Shown: positions 42,015 to 52,089 of the stretch, piece after piece
Layout of the letters: every line of letters starts with the position of its first letter
Position numbering within the stretch: position 1 is the stretch's first letter
Source: Vicugna vicugna
Taxonomy: Eukaryota
NCBI GenBank assembly: GCA_013265495.1
Contig: MU058423.1
Span: 8,913,627 to 8,977,626, forward strand
Direction of reading: 5' to 3'
DNA: 64,000 nucleotides
The notes under the pieces: generated by a model
What the model was told of the DNA's origin: nothing
Database searches by the model: none
Seen by the model: the letters and a program-made list of their open reading frames with translations, nothing else
Program-made: the position numbers and the translations under genes

Positions 42015-42658
42015 CCCCGCCTGGGAAATGCAGACCAGCTCTCAAGGCCGGGCAAAGTCTTCCCCCGGCTCCCAAAGTGATCATGGAGGAGGAGACGTCT
42101 GGCCGCGATCACGCCCGTGGCTACTCGTGCGGCAGCAGGCAGGACTCCGGTGCCCGCCGGCTGGCAGCAGCTGCTCCGGCTCCTCCTTCACCACCTCCTT
42201 TCAGCAGCAACTCTTCCTCCTCCTCCTCCCCCTGGGCCCGCCCCCAGACCTTCCTCCCCGCCCTCCCTCAGTCCCCTCCACTTTCACAGCTCCGCGGCCA
42301 TCCCTTAAAGGGACAGCCCCGCTCCTTTCTCCGCCTGCCCCGCGCCCCAGTTACCAGGCGCCGGGAGGGTCACTAAGAGCTGGTTGCTAAGGCTTTGTTG
42401 CCGTCCACCAATTGCTGTACAGGAAAGGGGGCCCTGGGCCCAGAGGAACCGGGCGAGTCTCCAGACCAGAAACTTATGAATGAAACCGCGGAGCTGAGTG
42501 GTCCCGGAGGGCGCCGCTGCAGCTTCGCAGGCAAGGATGCGCCCGCGCTCCTTAGTTTTTTCTTCACGCACAGTCTTCTTCCCACTCCAGATTTTTCTTC
42601 CCTCTCTTTCTCCACCTCTCTCGCCCCACTCACCCCTGTTCTTCTAAACTCTTGCAGG

Positions 42659-42709
42659 CACACATGCATACAAACACAAACACACACACACACTCACACA
42701 CACACACAC
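42659..42709. repeat. Imperfect (CA)n microsatellite
   Basis: Direct reading. Confidence 0.9.
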
Positions 42710-42991
42710 TTAAAGACCTCAGGTCTCCGATCTCCGCCTTAACTATAGCTAATCTTTCAACCAACCCCCATCCCCGCCACTGACAGATCTCTACCTTTAT
42801 GGGAAAAAACTATATTGAAAAGAGAACCCTACCTCCTAGCTCAGAAGAACATCTACTGGTGTCCTCTACACGTACTGGACTCTGAAATAACTTGTGCTTT
42901 GTTCTCACGGGGTAAAACGTTCCCATCCGGTTCCCCACGTCCTCTCATTTGGGTCGCCACTGTGGGCGCAAAATCATCACAAATGCCTAAC

Positions 42992-43061
42992 CTGTATACT
43001 GCTGTGGCCCCGAAGGGGGGCGGGGCGGAGGGGCGGGGCCAGCGCGGGGTGGGGGGAACAT
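42992..43061 (-). CDS. CDC14A: Candidate alternative first coding exon of CDC14A (MFPPPRAGPAPPPRPPSGPQQYT + G, 70 nt, phase 1)
   Basis: AAGATG start, open 23 codons, donor CAG|GTTAGG in the same phase as exon 1, so in frame with exon 2; inside the CpG island. No transcript evidence available. Confidence 0.5.
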
Positions 43062-45868
43062 CTTAGCTGGAGCGCGGCAGGCGGCGGCTCATCTCAGAGG
43101 AGCCCCTGACTTGTTTCTGTGAAGCTCCTCGAACAGCTCGAACAACTTTAACGCTCGGTGTCCTACGGGCGTGCCTAATTAGAGGGCAGTCCCTGCGATA
43201 TGAAAATGGCGCTACAGACCCAGCGTCAGGGGAGCATGCGCGCTGAGTGGTTTCTTCAGAAACCGAAGGGATCTGCGGCAGCCTTCCGACTCGCAGGCGC
43301 TCGATCGCCCCTTGGAGAAAGGGGGCGCGCAAGGGAAGGGTCGACCGACCGCAGGAGCGCCGTGAGGCCAGCGAGTAAAGCTCAACTCTCTGGTCTCAGC
43401 CTGTTAGCTTTGCTGGGCTATCCGAAAAGCTAAAAAGCCACAGAAAATGATAAGAGAATATTACTTAGGTATTCAGAAAAAAATATTTGGAGCATCTCAG
43501 TAATTCTAATCGAACATGCCTTTGTAAGATAGTTAAAAGAAAAACCTATCCTAACATTCAAATCTTTAAACTGTAAGGCAAGAACGATATAAATTCAAAG
43601 CTGGAAGAAGCACTAAAAACGACCTTCTCCCATCACCTAATCTTCCCACGAGGAAAAAATCTCGCAAAAGAGTTTCTAAAACCGGAGAAGTCCTGAAAAG
43701 ACGAGTTGTGATGAGCGTTCCACTCTGTTGAGATGCAGTTCGTGTTTTATATGGGCTCCCAGCCACGTCTATCAAATTCTAAAGAAGGAAGCAGCTCTAA
43801 ACGTGTTGTCCGCACTCAACAGTTGAATTTTGCCTGGTATTTATTTCCCCAAATTGTGTGTCAGCAATCATGTTGACCAATTCATATTATTTTGTTGAAA
43901 AGTTCTAATTGAGATTTTATATATGAAAGTTATGGAAAAACAAAGGGTATGAATGTCTCATTAAACTTAACCACTTTGTTTATAAAGCTAAATTAATTCA
44001 ATGATGGCAGTCTATTTCCAAAAGTAATGATTTAAAATTCGTGTAGAATCTAAATCTGCTTAATAAATTTTGGGAACAAATTTTTATCTGTGGTGTATTA
44101 GAAAAATCGCATTCAGAAAAAGAAACCCAAGTTCTCGCTCAATGCGTAAACTTTTAATTTTACAAAGTACACAGTCTAATGAAAAGAACTCTACATCTGC
44201 ACTTTCAGAGAAGATAGATTTAATTGAACACCCTCTTCTTATTTTCTAAAATGAATTTACAAAAACATTTTCTTTCATATAATTCTGCTTAGAAATTTAG
44301 GTCATGAGGAGTGAATTATTACCCAGGCAAATAAAAGTCCTTAAAATTAAAAAGTCAGAACCAAAAAAGTTTTTCCCTAGCATACTTATAATATGAGCAT
44401 TAGAATGAAATTTTTGAAGTTAAGAAGTCCCTATGTTTTTTTCTGAAGTCGCATGAAAGGAAAATAAGCAATTGTCAATAATAACAATCAATAATCAAAT
44501 CTCTCTAAAACCAAAATCTGCACAATCTAATTGGTATTTTAAAAACCTACAAGAAAAATTGTGAACAAGATAGTGTACACCACACACATACATGTCAAAG
44601 TTCTAATGAGATCATAAAACCCTTTTTCTCTCAATTATCATGAGGTCAAAGTTCTATTGGTTGTAGTTTCACAATAAAGGCATGACTTCAGTCTATAGAG
44701 GAAGATAATGGAAGAAACTTCTTTTTTGTCACACAATATAAATGTTAGGAACTTTTACCTTAAACAGCAGTAAAGAATAGTGTTTCACACATAAAGGAAG
44801 TACTAAGAGAATTAAGATTTCACTCAACTGCAGAAAGGGGAGGTAATGTTATACGTAGAAATTTAACTAAGTATAGAAGTGTCTCAAGTTGGAAAGTGAC
44901 AATATTTATTCTAACTCTGCAAACATAGCTTGATACCTGCCTGCGACGCCCTGAGAGGCAGTCTACAGCCTACGCTCCTGCACCTGCAGAGCTAGAGAGC
45001 TCACTGCTGGAGGCAGCTCTGAAATACCTTGTCACCCTCTGGCCCTCTGGTTCTAATTCTGTCTCTTGAAGTGTGCTAAACACCCTTACTTACTCTTGCA
45101 CGAGACAACTCTTCAAAAATGCAAAGGCAGCTCTCTTGCACCACTTCTTCCCCTAGTCTTTCCCAGATTAAAATTCCTATTTTCTTCAGCCTTTTCTGAA
45201 ATGACAAGGTTTCAAGCCCCCTTGCTGTCCAGTCACTCTCTTTTCCAATATGTCTACATCCAAAAAGTGTGTCCCAGAACTGAATGCAGGCCAGTAGTGA
45301 CCTGGTGTGACCAGTTCTGAAATCAGAAAAAAAGCATTGATGGAAAATTCAGATGGGAAAAAAAGCAATAAAAGATGTAGTAGAACTAAGTTTTATTATT
45401 TAGCTGTAAAAAAAAAGGAGAATATTCTCTCTTGTTGGAAAAGGGAAAAGAAAAAGTTGCTCAGGATAGTCAAAGACCTGGCAGCTGTTATATTTACATA
45501 TTCTATTCTTTTAAAATTATCATCATTTCCCAGAATATCTGATTTGAACATGCTCTTTTCGTTGCTTGTTCAGTCATGATGATGTTATCTAAGCAAGTAA
45601 AAGAAAACATAGAACACATGTTTTGAATTCTTTCTAAAAATCAATTTTCAGTTTAACTGTGAACCAAGAGACAGTAGAAACCTACACTGCTGAGTAATTT
45701 GAAATTCAAAGTAATTTGAATTGTTTAAATATTTTGATAAATGGCTTACCTAATGCCAAAAATAATATAAAGCAGCTTTTATTTAAATATATACCAAGAA
45801 AGTTACTACAGTACAACCAGAATACCAAAAACGTGTGGACAATGTGGCCCATGTAATAGCTATCCACA

Positions 45869-46500
45869 CATATACCCAGAGGAAACTCTAATTCAAAAAG
45901 ATACATGCACCCCAATGTTCACAGCAGCATTATTTACAATAGCCAAGACATGGAAGCAACCTAAATGTCCATTAACAGATGATTGGATAAAGAAGTTGTG
46001 GTATATTTCTACAATGGAATATTACTCAGCCGTAAAAAAAGAATTAAATAATGCCATTTGCAGCAACTTGGATGGACCTGGCGATTGTTATATTAAGTGA
46101 AGTAAGCCAGAAAGAGAAAGGAAAATATCGTATGATATTTTTTAGATTCACTTATATGTGGAATCTAAAAAAAGACAGAAATGAACTTATTTACAAAGCA
46201 GAAACAGACTCACAGACATAGAAAACAAACTTTTGGTTACCAGGGGGGAAGAGAGATATGGAGGGATAAATTGGGAGTTAGGGATTTGCAGATACGAACT
46301 ACTATGTATAAAACAGATAAAACAACAAGGTCCTACTATATAGCACAGGGAACTATATCCAATACATTGTAATAGCCTATAATGGAAATAATATGAAAAG
46401 GAATATATATATGTGTGTGTGTAACTGAATCAGAATGCTGTACACCAGAAATTAACACAACATTGTAAACCGACTGTACTTCAATTTAAAAAAAAAAAAA
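45869..46500 (+). mobile_element. 5'-truncated LINE-1 (end of ORF2, 3'UTR, poly-A)
   Basis: ORF 45915-46100 MFTAALFTIAKTWKQPKCPLTDDWIKKLWYISTMEYYSAVKK is the canonical L1 ORF2 C-terminus; cetartiodactyl-type 3'UTR; poly-A at about 46488-46500. Confidence 0.95.
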
Positions 46501-47173
46501 CTGCCCACAGATGCTAAGATCTTGTCCTGACCCAGCCATTTTCTGCATCATTACTAATTCTGCCTAAGATTTCAAATCAGAAACAAAGACAGTAAAAACC
46601 AAAAGAGACCTGGAAGATCAGCTAGATCCAGTTTTCGAACAGACTCCATGGAGTCTGAGGTAGCAGAGGTCCCACCTGGGGATAGGGATGGAGCAGGAAG
46701 GATGAGCAGGCAGGGCTTCTACAAAATATTTCATTTATAAAAGATTATGTGGCAGAATAGAGGAAAGAAAAGAGAAGAAGAAACTGAGGCCCACCGTAGG
46801 TAATCAATTTTCCAAAGTCATATAGCTGATTGGTGGCAAAAACAAGACCAGTATTCACTATTTGCTCTAATACCAACAATCTTTTCTCAGTTTTCTCTTA
46901 ACTTAGCTCATCTTACAGTGTTTAACTCATAGGTTCTGAAACTTTTGAGATGATAAAATATCAAGCAATAATAACATATATTATTAACTGTTTTTTCAAA
47001 ATTTTAGAGAAAATAATTGAAACTCAGAATCAAAAAAATCAAAGATGTTTCATTATCTGCCATTGCTATTCTTGACATATGGCTTCTATAAAAATGTGAA
47101 TTGTTTTTCCACCCCTGTGATTTATTAATAGATTACCAGCATTCTACAGAACATAGTTTAAGAAATACAGGTT

Positions 47174-47622
47174 GGTGGGAAGGAGATAGCTCAAGTGGTC
47201 AAGCGCATGCTTAGCATTGAACCCAGGACCTCCTCCAAGAATAAATAACACAAAAGGCCAAAGGGTGGGCAGTGGCCCAATTCCTGGGAATCCCAGCCCC
47301 TTCCCCAGGGTAGTTGGAATGGTCCCACCTGTAGGTGTGTAAAGCTACTGAGCTCATAAAAACTGGCAACACCACGCCCAGCCGCCCTTTCTTGCTCCCT
47401 CCCCTTCGGAGACGGCAAGGCCCGCACTCTTATCTATGGAGTGTGCACCTACTTCTACTTTAACCTGAGCACCCAGTTCCCACATCTCTTTCTTTGCCTT
47501 TCTCTTGCCTTACCTCTATGCAGTATGTATCTCTCAGATTAAATCTGCCTTTACTCAAAAAAAAAGAATAAATAAGTAAATAAACCTAATTACCTGCCCC
47601 CACAAAAAAATTTAAAAAAAAA
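47174..47622 (+). mobile_element. Camelid-type tRNA-derived SINE, interrupted by a nested insertion
   Basis: A-box head GATAGCTCAAGTGG, tail TAAATAAACCTAATTACC plus A-rich end; TSD AAGAAATAC(A/T)GGTT at 47160-47173 and 47623-47636. Confidence 0.88.
47249..47563 (+). mobile_element. Polyadenylated ERV LTR (U3-R-like) fragment inserted in the SINE
   Basis: TATA-like CATAAAA, ATTAAA at 47538-47543 followed by an A-tail from 47557; 12-bp TSD AAGAATAAATAA at 47237-47248 and 47564-47575; resembles cetartiodactyl ERV1 LTRs (from memory). Confidence 0.7.
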
Positions 47623-49377
47623 AAGAAATACTGGTTTAGTGAACATCAAATAAGACAATTCAGTAATCATCCTATCCTTGAATTTTGCGGCCAGTAAAGA
47701 GATGTAGTTTTAGAAAGTAAAAGAAATTTCCATGACCAGGTCAATATACATAAGATTGCTCAATTTACTGACCACTTAGCTAAATTTTTCAAATAGGCTA
47801 ATAATGCAGTTTTTAAATTTACATAAGTAATCCACCTATACTTATTTGTCATTCCTACTCTTTTCGGAAAAGAAATAAAGAAGTGAACTTTTTTCTCCAA
47901 AAACATAAAATAATATTCCTCACACCACTCCTCACGCCCATCACCACTGCCTCAACTTAGTACCACCTCCTCTCGTCACTGTGCTGGGAAACATCATTAG
48001 TGAGCTACATATGTTAGCCTCAGGTTTCCAGCATTCACTCCCACATGCACACTTGGTACATGTCCCTACTATACTATGTACATGTTACTATCAGGAAAAC
48101 AATAACAAGTTTTATCAAAAACCAAGCACAGCAATTTATGTCAGGTCTCACACCAGTTGCCTATGAGGTAGGTATTATTATTATTCCCATTTTACAGATG
48201 AGGCCACTGCTACAAAACAGATGCTCAACGAATATTTGGAGTATAAATAAATAAATGAGTAATTAAAATGTCGGGAGATGAACTTATGTGAATCACTTGG
48301 ATATGGAAATCAGTTCCTCTGTAGCCTAGCATAGTGGAAAAAATACCAGATTTATAATCAGACGCCTGGATTTCAGGCATCACTCTATCATCAACTGTAT
48401 GCATTATCTTAGACTATTAAAAGGGGATTTAATAGTGTTAACTGGTGTTAAGTGGGGATTATAGTTATCTCTTTGCTCACAGGAATAATAACAAAGTTAA
48501 ACAAGACTGTTATGATGCGATGCTATGGTATACAAATATTTGTTATTAGTGCTAAAGTCTATATTAGACACCAAACTATTTCCAAAGTCTGATTTTCACA
48601 AGCCTCAAATTGTATCTATTTGGATCTAAGTATTGTTACTTAATTTGCTCCTAGAAAATAATAGAAGCAAAATATACACTCACAGAGAAGCTCTTCTGAT
48701 CAGCTGAAGACAAGTTAACATTGCCTTTCCTTCCTGATTGCCTGAGGCCGTGGTACTGTCCCTAGATTATACTGGGGCCAGCGACCCCATTCGCACATCC
48801 TCCATGGATTCCTAAATTCCCCTGCTCTGGCTCGTGTTCTCTCAATCATTCTGTTCCAGAAGCCTGGAACACAGATGTTATTCCCCGTGGTTCCCATGGT
48901 GACCCTTGATGCTCCTTTGGAATCCCAGCTTTTCTGGTGCCTACTCCTGTGCTGAAACTCCAGGAGAAAACACTATTTCAGCAAACTAACGAGAGACGCT
49001 TGGTTTCCATTCTTCCAATCACAGGATGCTATACAAGTATTGAGCAGATAGATTTCTGATGGTTGTTCTTGCTATGGTGGTGGTGGTGATTAACACCTAT
49101 GATTGTACTGATCCCCATGGGAAACACCACACTTTATATCCTCTATGCACCAAGCCTTCCTGCATGAGGAGTCTATGCCATTCTTCAGATTGTATCTCAA
49201 GTATAATTTGGACTTATTAGTGTAGGATAATAGAGATATGAATTGTCTAATATGCACCCAGATAAAAACAATTTCTGCTTATCCTAAAATATATTGTACA
49301 AATTTTAGTTAAAATATTTCTCTTCATAACCATGTTTTGTTTCCCATAACATCAAATACACATTTGCTTTTTATATT

Positions 49378-49950
49378 TAGCATTCATTCATTCAGCAAAT
49401 TTGTACTGTCTGCTGTTTGCCTGGCACTGTGCTCGGTGCTAGGATTACAATCAAGAACAAGGTGGATTCTTTTGTTAAGGAATTTGCATTCTAGGCAAGG
49501 ATACATACAAGCAGGCAGGCTCCATAAGCAAGATACAGGATAGGTCGGAGTAAGTACAGAGCATTAGGATGAGCTTTTGTGATGAGCATCAGTGCTGGGA
49601 AGTGAGGAAAGAGTCCCATGCAGAATCCTATAGACTTGAGGTTGAATAGCAGTTAGCCAGGTGGAGGTAGCCAGATTGTGGAAGGTGGCAGGGGAGGTGG
49701 CAAGGAGGAAGATGCAAGGAGAAAGTCCCAGGCTGAGAAAACAGTCTGTCTATAGGCTGGGAACCAATCATGAGAAAGGCTCAGGGATCTGAAGCAGTTC
49801 CATTCGGCTCCAGCGCAGAGTATGAAGTGGGAGGAGACGGGAAAGTATCTTGGTAATAAAGGTTAAAAATCTGGACTTTATCCAGAGGGCAATGGGGCAC
49901 CAAAGTGAAATATATTAAATGGGAAAAGCCTAGTCAGGTGGGGATTTTTA
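49378..49950 (-). mobile_element. L2 3' region
   Basis: CATTCATTCATTCAGCAAAT...CCTGGCACTGTGCTCGGTGCTAGGATTACAA; TGGACTTTATCCAGAGGGCAATGGGG. Confidence 0.75.
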
Positions 49951-52089
49951 AGTTGCTGGAAATAGTCCGCAAAGTAGTTAAACTAATTGTAAATAGATTG
50001 GAGCTTACTCCATTAATCCCCAAAGAAGCAGAATTATAACAAGAATACAGACAAAGGCCCACTCAATAGGATCTTTCCTTCTTCCTTTTTCCTGTTACTA
50101 TTAAAAAGACAAAGTTGAATTTGCCCATTTTTTGCTGAGCATAAATTAAGTTCATAGAGGGAAGAGTTATCTGAGATTCCTGAAATGTAATTTGCATATA
50201 CTGAGGATGAACGTGGTAAGGCAATGTATATTTCTTCTAAATTGTGGGTATTTTTAATAAAGGACCCTAAGCAAATGTAAAAAGTAGAATATACAAGAAT
50301 TACATTTTATTAAAATATTTTAATGAACTGAAAGAAGGTGCAATGTATAAGAAGCTGATTTCTAAAAAACTTTTTAAAATTTTTAGAAATAAATTAAAAT
50401 GAATGATTCGATTACTTGATTTCTTAAGAGGACAAGTTGATGACGCCTAACAATTTTAAAAAATAAATCAGAAAGGCTACAAGGCTTCATATGTGCCCTG
50501 GAGCCCCCAAGGGTCCAGCAGGCCCCAGTCTTGCCATCTCCCTTTAAGAGAGAAAAGCATTCACCAGTGTGCAGACATAATTGTCATCTAACGCGAACTA
50601 TCTGTCTTAGATCACGGTGCCTTTCTTGGTGCTCTTGCGTGGGTTTCCTAGTCAGGTTTTCCTGATGGACTTTATCTCATCACTACCTTTAACTAATTTC
50701 TCTGAAAGTGATTTTGGCTTTGGCGCATCATTAACCTAAGTATTACCCACTTGCCTCCTGGAACTGAAAAAAAAAAAAAAAAACCTGACAAGTTTTTCAG
50801 TTCAGTTAACCAAGCTGACTCAACCCTTTCCTAACACTTTGTCCCTGGCCAGAACTTTTTATTTCTACCCCTAAACCTCTTTCTCTCCAGACTTCTCAGG
50901 CTCAGTACATACTGCCACATTCACCAATTACTCAAGTCAACTTCTAGCTAAGACCCATCGTAACTTATTTCCCACACCTAGTCATACCATGTGAATTGCC
51001 TGCTATGCCTTGTAATGCATCCTGAATCCTTCTACTTTTGTCTCCACGGTGAACATCAGCCCTTCCCCTGGACCTCTGCAATAGGAAAGACTTGTGTTTT
51101 GATCTACAGGTAGGACCCAAGGACTATGATGCAAAGAACTCCTTCACTGTTGTACTTTAAGGAGCTGGGTGGGAGTGGGGGGAGAGGGAAGGGGTAGTTA
51201 TTTTGTCAGTTCTTCACTTCACGATGCCAAGAAGGTATCCTGGGAAAGTGATATCTAGGTGTCCACTGCCTATGGCTGGAGTGGGATGGGGTCACTGTCA
51301 AGTCTACCTGAGCCTCCTGCCCTGACTCATACTTCAACTCTGAATGATGGGACCTTGTGAACCCGACCTAGGATGTTTGGTCAGAGTGTAGGTACCTGTG
51401 CTTGGTCAGAACATACCTTCCTGTTTTGGGAAAGGAAGGTAGGGTTGAGGCTGGAAAAAAGACAAGAGCCAGACTGTGAATGGCCTTACAGACTACTAAA
51501 AAACAATGTGGACCTTTATCCTTCAAGCAATGGGAGTCACAGAACATTTCTAAAAACGGAAAAAATCACGTAACTGGTTCAATGGTTCTGGTGCAGTGCA
51601 TAGAAAATGATGAAAAGGTATTAAGGAAATGTGAGGATGATGGGAAAAGACATGAATATCAGTGCCTAACGGGCTGACGTTATAAGGCCCAAACCTACTG
51701 TTATCAGCCACAGTTCAGCATAACGCCTGTGAGTGCCTGGGATGACGTAGGACCTCTGGGGTAGAGAAGAAACTCAGCTGTGGGCTCTGAGTTCCACGTA
51801 AAAATCTCAGAAAAGCCCCTTTACTCTTTGTTACTAAGCATAGACTGTCAGTGACAAACAGGCTTATAAAAGAAGTGAGATGATGAGACGGCAAAGTAAA
51901 AACCAATACTTCAGGTTCTAGAGCACTGACATTTTCTTTGAATGAAAAGTTGTTTATATAATGAGATAGAGTTTACATAGGGTAGAGGCTCAGATAGTAT
52001 TTTGGAACTCTGAGATATATAGTGATGAGATTGGATCACAGGATTTTTTGGATAACGATATTGGTTCTGAATGATCGTGCAAAAAATTT

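Larger units (their letters stand above)
41230..43400. promoter_or_regulatory. CpG island / CDC14A promoter
   Basis: Very GC- and CpG-rich versus flanks; GC boxes at 43017-43040, YY1-like AAAATGGCG 43203-43211, NRF1-like GCATGCGCGC 43234-43243. Confidence 0.92.

Noticed and set aside
41200..43433. Many overlapping 60-160 aa ORFs on both strands, including poly-Pro and poly-Ala frames on the plus strand
   Set aside because: Expected from stop-codon scarcity in a CpG island; no recognisable protein other than CDC14A exon 1.
45915..46372. ORFs of 61 and 63 aa
   Set aside because: Broken L1 ORF2 terminus and 3'UTR, not host genes.
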